Assembly (NCBI GenBank): GCA_031416075.1
Contig: JANOSY010000074.1
Coordinates: 1-49,028 of the forward strand
Direction: 5' to 3'
Length of the DNA: 49,028 nucleotides
Source of the DNA: Candidatus Tenderia sp.
GTDB lineage: Bacteria > Pseudomonadota > Gammaproteobacteria > Tenderiales > Tenderiaceae
Position numbers and translations under genes: made by a program
The notes under the pieces: generated by a model
What the model saw: only the letters and a program-made list of their open reading frames with translations
Databases searched by the model: none
Told to the model about the DNA's origin: nothing
Part shown: piece after piece, positions 35,846-48,792 of the stretch
How positions within the stretch are numbered: position 1 is the first letter of the stretch
Layout: the number at the start of each line of letters is the position of its first letter

Positions 35846-37317
35846 GCGGCTGCCCTCAATACTGCCTCAACCTGCGCCCGATCACTGAAGGGGCGTCTGT
35901 TATCCCCCTCCAGCTGATACTCCTCGTGTCCTTTACCTGCAATCAGCACCACATCAGAACCACCTGCCTGTTTGATGGCATGACGGATGGCTGCATCACG
36001 GGCACGTATTACCACTGCATTTTGTGGCAATGCCATGCCCGCCAGGATTTCACTGATAATCTGTTGCCCATCTTCATAGCGGGGATTGTCGTCGGTCACC
36101 ACCAGATGGTCGGCTAACCGTTCAGCAATCGCCCCCATCAATGGCCGTTTCCCCTGGTCACGGTCACCGCCGCAGCCAAACAGGCACCAGAGCTGGCCGT
36201 CACAATGTTCACGCAGTGTGAGCAGCACCTGCTCCAGGGCGTCCGGGGTGTGGGCATAATCAACCACCACCAGCGGCTGCCCGACGGCACCAAAACGCTC
36301 CATCCGCCCAGGCACTGTCTGCAACGTTTCGAGCCGTTTCAGCGCCGTTTCAAAAGACATGCCTGTGACCAGCAGCGTTGCCAACACCGCCAGCAGATTG
36401 CTGGCGTTAAAACGACCCAGCAGCGGGCTGGTGAATTGACCGATGCCCCAGGGGCTATCCACCGCCAGCTGCAAACCGTCGCGGCCAATGCTCAATAACC
36501 GGCCACGTACAGTGGGAACCTCGAAGTGGGTCTGCCCCAAGGTGTAGACCACCCCCGCCACTGCGGCAGGCAGCTGCGCCAACAGCTGCTGGCCAAACCG
36601 GTCATCACCGTTGATCACCCCATGACGCAGACCGGGCATGGCAAAGAGCCGCGCCTTGGCACGGCCATAACTCTCCATATCACCGTGGTAGTCGAGGTGG
36701 TCACGGCTCAGATTGGTGAATACCGCGACGTCAAAATGAATACCACTGACACGCCCCTGGTCGAGGCCGTGGGAAGAGACCTCCATCACCACCTGGCCGA
36801 TCCCCCTGTCCACAAATCCACGCAACATGGCATGTAGACTCAGTGCATCGGGCGTGGTGTGGGTTGCCACATCAAGCTGACCCACCGGGCCGTTGCCCAG
36901 CGTGCCCACCACGGCGCTCGCTTTGGGCTGGCCATCCAGGGCTTGGGCGATGAAGTGGCTGCATGACGTTTTGCCGTTAGTACCGGTCACCCCCACCATC
37001 AACAGTGCGGCTGAGGGGTGGCCATAAAAACGCTCCGCCACCGCACCCGCCTTATGGGCCAGATCGACCACAGCAATAACCGGCACACCGCCGCCATCCA
37101 CCGCCCCGACACTTTTATCAAACAGTACCGCCACCGCACCCGCCGCCACGGCGGCAGCCACAAAGGTGTGGCCCTGGGCGCGGCTGCCCGGCAAGGCCAT
37201 AAACAGGTCGCCACGATTGACACAACGACTATCAAGACTCAATCCACTCACCTGCAGATCCGGCACGGAACCATCCACCAACCCCTGCAACAGAGTGCTC
37301 AGCGGCGCGACCATCAC
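35842..37317 (-). CDS. murE: UDP-MurNAc-dipeptide--meso-DAP ligase
   Basis: GTNGKTS, EVSSH, DYAHTPD, DNPR, GKGHE. Confidence 0.97.
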   Translation of the reverse strand: MMVAPLSTLLQGLVDGSVPDLQVSGLSLDSRCVNRGDLFMALPGSRAQGHTFVAAAVAAGAVAVLFDKSVGAVDGGGVPVIAVVDLAHKAGAVAERFYGHPSAALLMVGVTGTNGKTSCSHFIAQALDGQPKASAVVGTLGNGPVGQLDVATHTTPDALSLHAMLRGFVDRGIGQVVMEVSSHGLDQGRVSGIHFDVAVFTNLSRDHLDYHGDMESYGRAKARLFAMPGLRHGVINGDDRFGQQLLAQLPAAVAGVVYTLGQTHFEVPTVRGRLLSIGRDGLQLAVDSPWGIGQFTSPLLGRFNASNLLAVLATLLVTGMSFETALKRLETLQTVPGRMERFGAVGQPLVVVDYAHTPDALEQVLLTLREHCDGQLWCLFGCGGDRDQGKRPLMGAIAERLADHLVVTDDNPRYEDGQQIISEILAGMALPQNAVVIRARDAAIRHAIKQAGGSDVVLIAGKGHEEYQLEGDNRRPFSDRAQVEAVLRAAA

Positions 37318-39071
37318 TGCGCCCCTCCGGCAGAAGTCCGCACCAGACGACCTGCGCCAGCCACCCCGTCCGGCAGCGCCGCCTGATGCACCTTCATGCT
37401 CTGCAGATCATCGGGGGCGACGTTCAGCAGCCGTAACGCACCGCTCATCACCCTGGCAAATACTGGCGCTGCAACACTGCCACCGTGGTACTCATTGCCC
37501 GTCGGTTCATGCACCACCACCACCATCGCCAGACGCGGTTTGGTAACCGGCGCAACACCGGCAAACAGCGCGCTGAAACGGTCATCGGCATAACCACCAC
37601 TAATACTACGGTGAATGGTGCCGGTCTTGCCTGCCACGTGGTATCCATTCACCCGTGCACGTTTACCCGTTCCGGCATCGGCCACGACACTCTCCAGCAT
37701 CGTGCGCACTTCACGCGCCACTGCGGCCGGCATCACCTGCTGCCCTACCGGGGCCTCATCCACTTTGACAAACGAAACGGGGCGTAACACCCCATCCGCC
37801 GCCAACACACCATACGCCCGCGCCAGCTGCAACGCCGTCACTGACATGCCATATCCATAGGAGTGGCTGGCCTGCTGAATCTGCTTCCAGCGCCAGTAAT
37901 CACCAATCACACCACTCGCCTCACCGGGAAAACGGCTACCACTGGCCTCCCCAAAACCGACATTGCTGAAGGTTTTCCAGAGCTGCTCCGGGGTAATCTC
38001 AAAGGCAATTTTGGAGGCACCGATATTGCTCGACTTCTGCAAAACGGTAGAGATATCAATAGTGCCGTAGTTCACGGCATCACGAATTGTATTGCGCCCC
38101 ACCCGCATATAGCCGGGGGCGGTATCAATAACGGTGTTTGGCGTAATTTTACCCGCCTCCAGCGCCGCCGCCACGGTGAACGACTTAATAGTGGAACCCG
38201 GCTCAAACAGATCGGTCACGGCACGATTGCGGTTATGGCTGGTATCGTAGCTGGCACGGTTATTGGGGTTAAAACTGGGTTGATTGACCATAGCCAGCAC
38301 CTCACCAGTCTGGACATCCAGAATCACCGCTGAGGCCGACTTGGCACGATGGGTCTGTACCGCCGCCTTCAGTTCGCGGTAGGCCAGATACTGGATACGA
38401 CGATCGATACTCAATACTAAGTCCTGGCCTGGCTGCGGCTCAGAGATACTCTCCACCGTCTCAACCACATTGCCCAGACTGTCACGCAGCACCCGTTTGG
38501 CACCCCGCGTGCCACGCAGCTGTTCATCAAAGGCCAGCTCAATACCCTCCTGTCCCTCGTCATCCACGCTGGTAAAACCAACCACATGGCCCGCCACTTC
38601 GGCCATCGGGTAGTAACGGCGATACTCACGCTGTAACGAGACACCCGCCAGGCCAAGACGCGCAACCCGCTCCGCCAACTCAGGTGCAACACGACGTTTT
38701 ACATAGACAAATTCACGGTCAGAACGCAGACCAATCTTCTGGCTCAACTCCTCCGGCTTCATCTCCAGCGACTTGGCCAGGAGCGCCACATCACTACTGC
38801 CTGCACTGGCCAGAAAGAGCTTGGGATTGACCCACACCGAATCCACCGGCGTACTGATGGCCAGTGGTTCATTATTACGGTCAGTGATTACGCCGCGGTT
38901 TGCCGCCAGCTCCACTACCCGCAGATGACGCGCATCGCCTTGATTTTGCAAAAAATCCTGATTCACCCACTGCAGATAGACAGAACGCCATACTAAGCCC
39001 ACCGCACCACAGACCAGCAGCCCCAGGATAAACCAGCGCCGCCAGGCCTCCGACCGCACGGGAGTACTCAT
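37314..39071 (-). CDS. ftsI: Penicillin-binding protein 3 FtsI
   Basis: EPGSTIK (SxxK), SSN, KTGT. Confidence 0.97.
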   Translation of the reverse strand: MSTPVRSEAWRRWFILGLLVCGAVGLVWRSVYLQWVNQDFLQNQGDARHLRVVELAANRGVITDRNNEPLAISTPVDSVWVNPKLFLASAGSSDVALLAKSLEMKPEELSQKIGLRSDREFVYVKRRVAPELAERVARLGLAGVSLQREYRRYYPMAEVAGHVVGFTSVDDEGQEGIELAFDEQLRGTRGAKRVLRDSLGNVVETVESISEPQPGQDLVLSIDRRIQYLAYRELKAAVQTHRAKSASAVILDVQTGEVLAMVNQPSFNPNNRASYDTSHNRNRAVTDLFEPGSTIKSFTVAAALEAGKITPNTVIDTAPGYMRVGRNTIRDAVNYGTIDISTVLQKSSNIGASKIAFEITPEQLWKTFSNVGFGEASGSRFPGEASGVIGDYWRWKQIQQASHSYGYGMSVTALQLARAYGVLAADGVLRPVSFVKVDEAPVGQQVMPAAVAREVRTMLESVVADAGTGKRARVNGYHVAGKTGTIHRSISGGYADDRFSALFAGVAPVTKPRLAMVVVVHEPTGNEYHGGSVAAPVFARVMSGALRLLNVAPDDLQSMKVHQAALPDGVAGAGRLVRTSAGGAQ

Positions 39072-39382
39072 GGCCGCACCACCACAATCTGGTTTGTTTC
39101 AGGCACCAGCATACCCAGATGGCTCCGGGCAATCCCTTCGATACGGCCATTATCTGTCCAGGTGCTCTGCTCCAACTGCAATTGCCCCCACTCGATATCC
39201 ATGGCATCACGCGCCTTGTTCAGCGCCTGTAGCTCAACAAATAGGGTGCGACTCTGATATTTGGTGTAGACCACCGCCAGCGCCGACACCATTACCGCAC
39301 ACCCCAATAGCAGCAGCATCGTCACACTGCTGCCGTACCAAACCTGCTGACTCTTTTTAACCGCTGCCGGATATGCGCTCAC
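39068..39382 (-). CDS. ftsL: Cell division protein FtsL
   Basis: TM plus leucine zipper [11 protein letters not shown], between rsmH and ftsI. Confidence 0.93.
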   Translation of the reverse strand: MSAYPAAVKKSQQVWYGSSVTMLLLLGCAVMVSALAVVYTKYQSRTLFVELQALNKARDAMDIEWGQLQLEQSTWTDNGRIEGIARSHLGMLVPETNQIVVVRP

Positions 39383-40320
39383 ATCTTCTCCGCAATACGC
39401 AACACAGCACTGCGCGCCCGTGGATTTTCATCCACCTCACCCGGCGTCGGCTTGACTGCTTTACCCACCACACGCAAGGTAGGCTGCAACTGATCCACCG
39501 TCACTGGCAGACCCACAGGAAAATCATCACCCCGCGCTTCATCACGCATGAAACGTTTAACAATCCGGTCTTCCAGTGAATGGAAGCTGATCACCGCCAG
39601 CCGGCCACCCACTGCCAACACCTCCACCACCTGATCCATGCAGTCGCGAATATCGTCCAGCTCACGGTTGATAAAGATACGGATCGCCTGAAAGCTGCGG
39701 GTTGCCGGGTTTTTGTCCGGCTCCCAACGTGGAATCGCCTCAGTCACCAGCTTCGCCAGCTGACGCGTCGTTTCAATAGGGCTCTCCTGGCGGGTGGTGA
39801 CGATGGCACGGGCGATACGTTTAGCAAACCGCTCTTCGCCCAACTCCTTCAAAACACGCGAAATTTCACCCTCGCCTGCCTGCGCCAGCCACTGCGCCGC
39901 CGACAGGCCACGACTGATATCCATCCGCATATCAAGGGGGCCATCACGCATAAAACTAAAACCACGGCTGGCATCATCCAGCTGCGGCGATGAGACGCCT
40001 AAATCCAGCAACAGCCCATCAACCTGGCCCCGCACACCGGCCACATCAACGGCCGCACCGAGCTCGGCAAAGCTGCCATGAAAAATGGAGAAGCGCGGTT
40101 CATCAGCAAACCGTTCACGGGCAGCCGCTATGGCCTCAGGATCTTTGTCGATGGCCAGCAACCGCCCCTGCGGCCCCAGGCGCTGCAAAATGGCCGCCGC
40201 ATGGCCGCCACGACCAAACGTAGCATCCACATACATCCCATCAGGCTTGAGATCGAGCGCCACCAGGGCCTCCTCCAGCAGTACCGGGTGATGAACAAAT
40301 TCACCATCCATGCTATTCAA
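39379..40320 (-). CDS. rsmH: 16S rRNA m4C1402 methyltransferase
   Basis: [33 protein letters not shown]; start may be ATG 40311. Confidence 0.97.
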   Translation of the reverse strand: MNSMDGEFVHHPVLLEEALVALDLKPDGMYVDATFGRGGHAAAILQRLGPQGRLLAIDKDPEAIAAARERFADEPRFSIFHGSFAELGAAVDVAGVRGQVDGLLLDLGVSSPQLDDASRGFSFMRDGPLDMRMDISRGLSAAQWLAQAGEGEISRVLKELGEERFAKRIARAIVTTRQESPIETTRQLAKLVTEAIPRWEPDKNPATRSFQAIRIFINRELDDIRDCMDQVVEVLAVGGRLAVISFHSLEDRIVKRFMRDEARGDDFPVGLPVTVDQLQPTLRVVGKAVKPTPGEVDENPRARSAVLRIAEKM

Positions 40321-40772
40321 AATGACAATGTTTCCAATTCTGTCGGCAGCGCATCTGTACTTGCGGCCTCTTCAGCCAGCCATGTCTCACGGTTCTCGTT
40401 CCAGGTGGTCTCATCCCACAGCTCAAACTTGGCGCCCTGCCCCACCAGCACCACATGTTTGTCCAGCCCAGCATATTCACGCAGCAGTTGCGGCAGCAAA
40501 ATACGCCCCTGATTATCGATCTCACACTCCGCGGCATGTCCCAAAAAGAGACGCTGCAGGCGGCGGGTGCGGGGATTGAGTGTGGGCAGCTGCATCAACT
40601 TGCGCTCAAACTGATCCCAGTCCGGCTCAGGGAAGAGCAGCAGACAGCGGTCAAGATCAACGGTCAGCACCAGACGGCTAGCACAACATTCCTGGAGGCG
40701 ATCGCGATACTTGGCCGGCATTGCCATGCGGCCTTTTGCATCTACGTTGATCGCACTTACACCCCGAAACAT
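40317..40772 (-). CDS. mraZ: Transcriptional regulator MraZ
   Basis: MFRG...D.KGR..P and D.QGRILLP motifs. Confidence 0.97.
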   Translation of the reverse strand: MFRGVSAINVDAKGRMAMPAKYRDRLQECCASRLVLTVDLDRCLLLFPEPDWDQFERKLMQLPTLNPRTRRLQRLFLGHAAECEIDNQGRILLPQLLREYAGLDKHVVLVGQGAKFELWDETTWNENRETWLAEEAASTDALPTELETLSF

Positions 40773-40798
40773 CTAATCCATCCACCCCTTAACGTATT

Positions 40799-40868
40799 CC
40801 ACGAACCACTATCGACCACTTTTCCCCACATCTTTACCACTATAGGAATTATCACCCCCTGATGTCAA
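40799..40868 (-). promoter_or_regulatory. dcw promoter with MraZ-box repeats
   Basis: Minus strand TTGACA-N18-TATAGT, then GTGG repeats (plus-strand CCAC at 40837, 40826, 40816, 40806, 40799) with mostly 10-11 bp spacing. Confidence 0.85.
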
Positions 40869-41104
40869 GTGAAATCGAGCTTCTGAAATGGAATTCTTTC
40901 TTTTACTACAGTAACTTAGCGAATTTACGACGAGGTGGGGAGAGGTTGAAAAATTTACCCTTTTTAATACAGAAGTGAAATCATGCAGTTGTCCACTCGA
41001 CCTCATATTTCACTTTAACTTGGAGGGATATTTTCAGGGATTGCAGAAGAAGAAGGCCCTCGTCACCCCAGCAACGGATCACGAAGGCCATCAAAATTTA
41101 AAAA

Positions 41105-41463
41105 GGAGTCGGCCGATAAGCCGGGTTCTGTCAAGAGCAACCATTCATCTGGGGTGTATGTCACCATACACCTCAAGCAGCCTACCCGGGAACAGCGCGG
41201 GCAGCGCCATTGTTCCCCTATTTGGCCTTGCTCCGGGTGGGGTTTACCTAGCCGTCGAATGTTGCCACCGACGCGGTGCGCTCTTACCGCACCATTTCAA
41301 CCTTACCGGCCTCCCGAAAGAGACGTAGGCGGTTTATTTTCTGTTGCACTTTCCGTAGACTCGCGCCTCCCAGGCGTTACCTGGCACCCTGCCCTATGGA
41401 GCCCGGACTTTCCTCCATGCACCAGACCTAAATCTGGCACACCGCGGTTGCTTAGCCAACTCC
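41105..41463 (-). ncRNA. rnpB: RNase P RNA (type A)
   Basis: Minus strand GAGGAAAGTCCGGGCTCC near the 5' end and ACAGAACCCGGCTTAT near the 3' end; P1 pairing GGAGTTGGC/GCCGACTCC; TATACT -10 with GC-rich discriminator at 41464-41476. Confidence 0.97.
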
Positions 41464-41569
41464 GGCGCGGAGTATACCCCACAAACGGCCTGGCACCAGT
41501 CTATATTTTAGGCCGTCCAGACAAAGCGCCCCAACCTTCCGGCCTCTCGCAGCGACTCACATCCACACA

Positions 41570-42643
41570 CTATTTAACCGGCAATCTTGGCAAGGTCACC
41601 TCCACCGGATCACCTGTGAGTGCCCTCATAAACGCCACCAGCGCCTTTTTATCCTCCTTGGAGAGGTTTAACGGCTTCATATCCTCGCTTGGCCTACCGC
41701 CGTTTTTAAAGCCACCGGCATCATAGTGCTCAACCACCTCTTCCAGGGTCGGATACGCACCGTTATGCATATAGGGCGCGGTCAGGGCTATATCACGCAG
41801 AGTGGGGGTTTTAAATGCCCCCTTCAACGCCTCTTTTGCCTCAATTGCATAACGCCCCGGATTATCAACCTCCTTCAGGCCGATATTATGAAATTTATCA
41901 TCCGCAAAGTTGTGGCCCGTATGGCAGGCGGTACAGTTGCCCTTCCCCTTAAAGACAACAAAGCCCCACAGCGCCTCCCTGCTCATGGCACTTTTACCCG
42001 CCAGCCAGCGATCAAAATCGGACTCACTGGCGATTACGGTGCGCTCAAAGGCAGCAATTGCCTTGGCAATTGTCCCCGCCACAACGCCCTCGCCGGGATA
42101 GGCCGCCGCAAACAGCTCCACGTACCCCGGAATCGCCTTCAGCTTAACAATCAGCTCATCCAGCGGTTGATTCATCTCACCTGCCGCCACAATCGGCCCC
42201 AACGCCTGCTCCTCCAGCGTACTGGCACGGCCATCCCAGAACTGGGCACGTTGATACGCCGTATTTAATATAGTGGGCGTGGCACGCCCCAAGGCCTGCA
42301 TGCCGTGCCCCACTGCCGTTTTCTGACCGTCGGACCACCCCAACGCCGGGTTGTGGCACGTCGCACAGCTGATGAAGTTAGACCCTGACAGACGTGGATC
42401 AAAAAACAGCTGTTTACCAAGCGCAATACGCGCCGGTGTACTGAGGTTGTTTTTACCCTGCGGCACCTCCGCCGGTCGGGCAAACAGATCAAGATCCTCA
42501 CGGTTCGGCGTCAGATAGTCCTCCATCTTGGGTTTTACCGCCTCCGCCAAGGCCGTGGCGTTAACCAACACAGCCGAGAACCCTACCAGCGTCACCGCAA
42601 CCAGCCGTGCAAACCCCATATAACGTACATTATTATTTTTCAT
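41570..42643 (-). CDS. Di-heme cytochrome c peroxidase/MauG family protein
   Basis: Signal peptide, LFFDPRLS, CATCH, QFWDGRA, CTACH, FKTPTLR, PYMHNG. Confidence 0.92.
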   Translation of the reverse strand: MKNNNVRYMGFARLVAVTLVGFSAVLVNATALAEAVKPKMEDYLTPNREDLDLFARPAEVPQGKNNLSTPARIALGKQLFFDPRLSGSNFISCATCHNPALGWSDGQKTAVGHGMQALGRATPTILNTAYQRAQFWDGRASTLEEQALGPIVAAGEMNQPLDELIVKLKAIPGYVELFAAAYPGEGVVAGTIAKAIAAFERTVIASESDFDRWLAGKSAMSREALWGFVVFKGKGNCTACHTGHNFADDKFHNIGLKEVDNPGRYAIEAKEALKGAFKTPTLRDIALTAPYMHNGAYPTLEEVVEHYDAGGFKNGGRPSEDMKPLNLSKEDKKALVAFMRALTGDPVEVTLPRLPVK

Positions 42644-42764
42644 ATACCCTCCCTGACACCCTTATAAAAATATTGGTTATTAATACCCTCCCCAAGGCCC
42701 CACCACACCCGGCACAATAAATTAACCACACCCCTCACTCTTAATCAACAGCCTTGTCCGCTGC

Positions 42765-43607
42765 CTACCCCGCCACCCCTAAGGCAAATTGATACAGCGC
42801 ATTTTTCTTTGCGCCAGTGATTTTGGCCGCCAGGGCGGCGGCCTGTTTGACCGGCAGCTCTTCCAGCAGTATTCGTAATACCCGCTCGGTGTCGGCATCG
42901 ACCACCCTGGTTTCAACCGCTGCTGCACCGTGTACCATCACCACAAACTCACCTTTGCACTGGTTAGGATCTGCGGCGACCCAGGCGACAAGGTTTTCCA
43001 AGGTGTCACCGTGTACGGTTTCAAACCGTTTGGTGATTTCCCGTGCAATAACGACATAACGATCCGCACCAAAAACGCCCGCCATATCGGCCAGGGACTC
43101 TTCGATGCGATGGGTCGATTCATAGAAAATCAGGGTGCCACTCTCAGCGACCAGGGCCTGCAGCCGCTGCCGCCGGGCAGAGGATTTGGCGGGTAGAAAC
43201 CCTTCAAAGCTGAATCGGTCTGACGGCAGCCCCGAGGCCGAGAGCGCCGCAATCAGTGCACTAGCACCAGGCACCGGCACCACGGCCACACCGGCCTCAC
43301 GGGCGGTGCGGACCAGATGGTAGCCGGGGTCACTGATGAGCGGGGTACCGGCATCACTGATCAGCGCTATTGATTCACCCGCCACGATCCGCGCCACCAG
43401 CCCGGCGGCAATCTCGCGTTCGTTATGGTCATGGCAGGCGATGCAGGGGGTGGTGATGCCAAAGTGCTGTAACAGCGGACCGCTATGGCGGGTATCTTCA
43501 GCCGCGATCAGCGCCACCTGCTGCAGCACCGCAACCGCACGAGCCGTCATGTCGCCCAGATTGCCGATGGGAGTGGCTACTATATATAGTGTTCCGTACT
43601 GCACCAT
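42765..43607 (-). CDS. rsmI: 16S rRNA Cm1402 methyltransferase
   Basis: [32 protein letters not shown]; start set at MVQYG. Confidence 0.96.
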   Translation of the reverse strand: MVQYGTLYIVATPIGNLGDMTARAVAVLQQVALIAAEDTRHSGPLLQHFGITTPCIACHDHNEREIAAGLVARIVAGESIALISDAGTPLISDPGYHLVRTAREAGVAVVPVPGASALIAALSASGLPSDRFSFEGFLPAKSSARRQRLQALVAESGTLIFYESTHRIEESLADMAGVFGADRYVVIAREITKRFETVHGDTLENLVAWVAADPNQCKGEFVVMVHGAAAVETRVVDADTERVLRILLEELPVKQAAALAAKITGAKKNALYQFALGVAG

Positions 43608-43712
43608 GCTGCTATCCTGTGGGTTTCGAGTCGGGGAGCGGGCTATTATGCCAAATGCTATACTGCCGCGTTCCGGCATTTACGCCGCCAACGTTCACTG
43701 TATTATAACTTC

Positions 43713-45571
43713 ATGATAACAAGACCAATGACCCGCACCCCTGCCAGCCGCCAGCTACTGGCACTTTTACTGATCCTGTTTGCCGGTTGCGGCAATATGC
43801 CGGAAAAGGATATCAGCCAGCTCAGTAGCAACGACCTCTATACCCAGGCAAAAACCCTGGAGGGGCGTGGCAATCTGCTAGGGGCAGCACAAACTTACCA
43901 ACAGCTGGCACTGCGTAATCAGAGCCCGGCACGCGAAGGACATCTGCTGGAGGCGGCCAATCTGCTGAGTCGCAGCGACAATGGCGACCGCGCCAAAACA
44001 GTCATCGCCACCCTCGACAGCAAACAGTTGACCACCGACCAAAACCTACGTCTGCGGCTCATTCAGGCCCGTATTGCCATGAGCGAAAGGCAGCCCAGAA
44101 TAGCCTTGGAGCAGCTGCAGCTCACGACCAATATTACCCCGCCTGCCGACCTTCAGCAGGAGTGGTATACGCTGATGGGCGATGCCAATACATTGACCGG
44201 CAACCCCCTTGAGGCAGCCCGTGCCTGGGTCGCGTTGAGCAAGTTTTTACACGATGAGGCCGCCATCCGTAAAAGCCAGCTGCAAATCTGGACCGCGCTC
44301 AACCAGTATCAGGAGAATATATTACGTAATCTGCGTAAACAGCCCCCGCCCGACATCTTCAGCGGCTGGATTGAACTGGCTGTGCTCTCCAAAACAGCCG
44401 CCAGCCAGCCCAAGCAGCTCAACCAGCGACTCACCGAGTGGCGCAGCCGTTACCCCCGCCACCCCGCCAGCGAAACCCTGATCACGGGTGTGCAGAGTGC
44501 CAGCAAAGCGGCCATCGCCAAACTGCCTGACAACATCGCCCTGCTGCTACCACTCAGTGGCAGCTTCAGCAATCAGGCCGTGGCTGTGCGGGACGGTTTT
44601 CTGGCCGCCCACTACGCCCGACGCAGCGGTGATTACAGCCCCACTATTCGTGTTTACGATACCACCGATGATATTAATACCGGCATGGCGAGCTATCGTC
44701 AGGCGCTGACGGACGGTGCGGATTTCATCGTTGGGCCACTGCACAAACCCCTGTTAGAACAGATCAACAGCAGCGGCCAGCCTGCCGTGCCCACCCTGGC
44801 GCTCAACTATCTCAACGACGATAAAGTGGCGGTCAAAAACCTCTACCAGTATGGCCTGCTGCCGGAAGATGAAGCGAGCCAGGTGGCCGAACGTGCCCGT
44901 CAGGATGGCCATATCAACGCCCTGGCCATGATCCCCACCGGTGAATGGGGTGACCGTATCGCCGCCATCTTTGGGCAAAAATGGTGGCAGCTGGGCGGCG
45001 GACAGCTCAAGGTGCAGCGTTATGATGCCAGCCAATACGACTTTTCCACCCCCATTAAAAATATGCTTGCGGTCAGCAACGGTCGTGCTAACGATGCAAA
45101 AAAACCCGACTTTGTCTTTGTTGCCGCCTTTCCCAACCAGGCCCGCCAGATCCGTGCCCAGCTGAAGTTCTTCTACGCCGGCGACCTGCCCATCTACAGC
45201 ACCTCCCACACCTTTGGCGGGGAGATCAATACCAGCCAGGACCGCGATCTGGATGGCATTCTCTTTTGTGATATGCCCTGGACACTCACCAATGGCGAGG
45301 GGCACTCCCCCAGCTGGGCAGATTTCACCAGCCTCTGGCACGGCAGCGCCGCCCCCTTCAAGCGACTCTACGCCATGGGCATTGACGCCTACAGCCTGAC
45401 GGAGCAGTTCAACACCCTTGGCAACACCCCTCAAACCGGGCTGAGCGGCGAAAGTGGCAACCTCTACCGGGACGCCTCCAACCGCATCCATCGTCAGCTA
45501 CAGTGGGCCCGTTTTCGCAATGGCAAACCGGTCATGCTGGACGAGAACACCAACGCCACAGGAGGCGTACA

Positions 45572-45575
<4 letters not shown>
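43713..45575 (+). CDS. lpoA: Penicillin-binding protein activator LpoA (LppC family lipoprotein)
   Basis: Lipobox FAGC, TPR-like helices, IALLLPLSG, IVGPL.K, RLYAMGIDAY; divergent from rsmI. Confidence 0.9.
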
Positions 45576-46580
<1,005 letters not shown>

Positions 46581-46587
46581 ACAAACC

Positions 46588-47145
46588 ATGACCCTCTACC
46601 GCACACTGACCATTGCCACCACCCTGTTCGCCCTCGCCACCCTCTCTGGCTGCGCCATGATGGGCCACACCTCCAGCAACGAAAAGCGGACCGCCGGCAC
46701 CGTGGTCGAAGACAGCACCATCGAGCGCAAGGCCCAAGAGGCGATCTACACCAATGAACGGCTCAAAAAACAGGTCCATATCAACGTTGACAGCTATAAC
46801 GGCGCTGTCCTGCTCACGGGCGAAGCCCCCAGCAGTGAAATCAATGACGAGGTGGTCAAACTGATACAGCAGATCCCCAAAATACGTCAGATTCACAACG
46901 AGGTCTCCATCTCCCCCCCGGCCAGCCTGGCCGACCGCAGCCGCGACTCCTGGATCACCACCAAGGTCAAAACACTGCACTTCGGTAACAAAGAGGTCAA
47001 CGGACTCAGCATCAAAGTGATCACCGTACACGGTATCGTCTATCTGATGGGCATCGTCAGTCAGGCCGAAGGCGAAGCGGCCACCAGCCTTGCCCGTCAG
47101 GTTGAAGGGGTCAGCCAGGTTGTCAAAATGTTTGAGTACCAATAA
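46588..47145 (+). CDS. dolP: Dual BON-domain lipoprotein (DolP/YraP-like)
   Basis: Lipobox LSGC, RTAG...ED, VLLTGE, DSWITTKVK, VYLMG. Confidence 0.85.
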   Translation: MTLYRTLTIATTLFALATLSGCAMMGHTSSNEKRTAGTVVEDSTIERKAQEAIYTNERLKKQVHINVDSYNGAVLLTGEAPSSEINDEVVKLIQQIPKIRQIHNEVSISPPASLADRSRDSWITTKVKTLHFGNKEVNGLSIKVITVHGIVYLMGIVSQAEGEAATSLARQVEGVSQVVKMFEYQ

Positions 47146-47147
47146 CC

Positions 47148-48536
47148 GTGGCGCTGGCGGCTGACACTATTGCCCGTCTGGCCACGCTAGTTGAACCAGA
47201 TCAGCTGCTCACCGCCGCCAGCGACTGTTGGCCCTACGGCTACGACAACAGCCGCCGCCACGCCCAGCCCGAGGCGGTGGTACTGCCCACCACCCATCAA
47301 CAGGTCGTTGGCATCGTCCAGCTCTGTCACGCACTGACCATCCCACTCACCCCCCGTGGCCGTGGTACCGGCACTACCGGTGCCACCGTGCCCATCCACG
47401 GCGGTGTGGTGCTATCGCTGGAGCGGCTCAACCGCATTATCAAAATCGACCCCGCCAACCGTGTCATGGTGGTGGAACCCGGCGTCACCAACCAGCAGGT
47501 CCAGGATGCCGCCGCCCAGCACGGCTTCTTCTGGGGGCCAGACCCCACCAGCGCCGCCTTTTGCAGCGTCGGTGGCAACCTTGCCTACAACTCCGCCGGC
47601 CCACGCGCCGTCAAATACGGCACCACCCGCGACAACGTGCTCGGCCTGCGCGCCGTCACCGGTGATGGCCGCGAGATTCGCACCGGCGTCTACACCACCA
47701 AAGGCGTGGTTGGTTACGACCTGACCCGACTGTTGATCGGCTCCGAAGGCACACTCGCCGTCATCACCGAAGCAACCCTCAAACTGACACCATTGCCCGA
47801 GGCCAAACGCACCCTGCAGGCGGTCTATCGCGACATCAACAGCGCCGCCGCCGCCGTCTCCAGCATCATGGCGCAACCTGTCACCCCCTGCGCCCTGGAG
47901 TACATCGACGGCCAAGCCATCGAGATGATCCGCAGCTACTCAAAGGCAGATCTGCCACAAGGGGCTGGCGCGATGCTGATGATCGAGGTGGATGGCCCCA
48001 GCGCCGGGCTTGATGACGCAGTAACGCGGGTTGCCGAGGCCGCGCGCAACGATGGCCTGCTCGGCATCACCCTGGCCAATACCAAAGAGGAGGTGGCGCG
48101 GCTCTGGGAGACACGCAAGGCACTCTCCCCAGCCCTGCGTAACGTCGCCCCCAAAAAGATCAACGAAGATGTGGTGGTGCCCGTCTCCGAACTGCCCGCC
48201 CTTATTAATGGCCTCGAACAGCTGGCACAGCAGTACAACCTCACCATCGTCAACTTCGGCCACGCCGGCAACGGCAACATCCACGTTAACCTGCTGGTCA
48301 ATCCGGATGATCACGAACAGATGCAGCGTGCCGAACAGTGCCTGGGGGATCTCTTCAGATTGGTACTAAAACTCAACGGCACACTCTCAGGCGAACATGG
48401 CGTAGGGTTGGAGAAGCGCGACTTTATCAGCTGGGAGATCGACCCAGTGACACTCGACCTGATGCACAGAATCAGACAGCAGTTTGACCCAAAAGGGATT
48501 CTTAATGCAGAGAAGGGTTTGCCGCCGGCGAAGTGA
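47148..48536 (+). CDS. FAD-linked oxidase, GlcD/D-2-hydroxyacid dehydrogenase family
   Basis: RGRGTGTTG, PDPTS, GSEGTL, GHAGNGNIH, GEHGVG, FDPKGILN. Confidence 0.92.
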   Translation: MALAADTIARLATLVEPDQLLTAASDCWPYGYDNSRRHAQPEAVVLPTTHQQVVGIVQLCHALTIPLTPRGRGTGTTGATVPIHGGVVLSLERLNRIIKIDPANRVMVVEPGVTNQQVQDAAAQHGFFWGPDPTSAAFCSVGGNLAYNSAGPRAVKYGTTRDNVLGLRAVTGDGREIRTGVYTTKGVVGYDLTRLLIGSEGTLAVITEATLKLTPLPEAKRTLQAVYRDINSAAAAVSSIMAQPVTPCALEYIDGQAIEMIRSYSKADLPQGAGAMLMIEVDGPSAGLDDAVTRVAEAARNDGLLGITLANTKEEVARLWETRKALSPALRNVAPKKINEDVVVPVSELPALINGLEQLAQQYNLTIVNFGHAGNGNIHVNLLVNPDDHEQMQRAEQCLGDLFRLVLKLNGTLSGEHGVGLEKRDFISWEIDPVTLDLMHRIRQQFDPKGILNAEKGLPPAK

Positions 48537-48792
48537 TCAATACAGCGAGGCACACTGAATAGCGCGCATACGGTCCACATCACAGGCACGTGGTGGTCAG
48601 CAAGCAACTACATTCCCAGGCACCAAAATAGATGATGGACGCAGTAGCAGTGGCAGAGAACACCCTTACCGGAATGAACCTATTTTTGTAATTTTCCACT
48701 GAGACAGGTATAAACATTTGATGAATGACAACCCCGCATTGGGATAATCTGCCCCACCCCACAAGGGACTCATTAAAAGGTCAGTAACAATA

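Noticed and set aside
40975-41726. ORFs 40975-41328 and 41154-41726
   Set aside because: Antisense to the RNase P RNA gene
48580-48762. 60-aa minus-strand ORF
   Set aside because: No recognisable motif or RBS; cannot be supported
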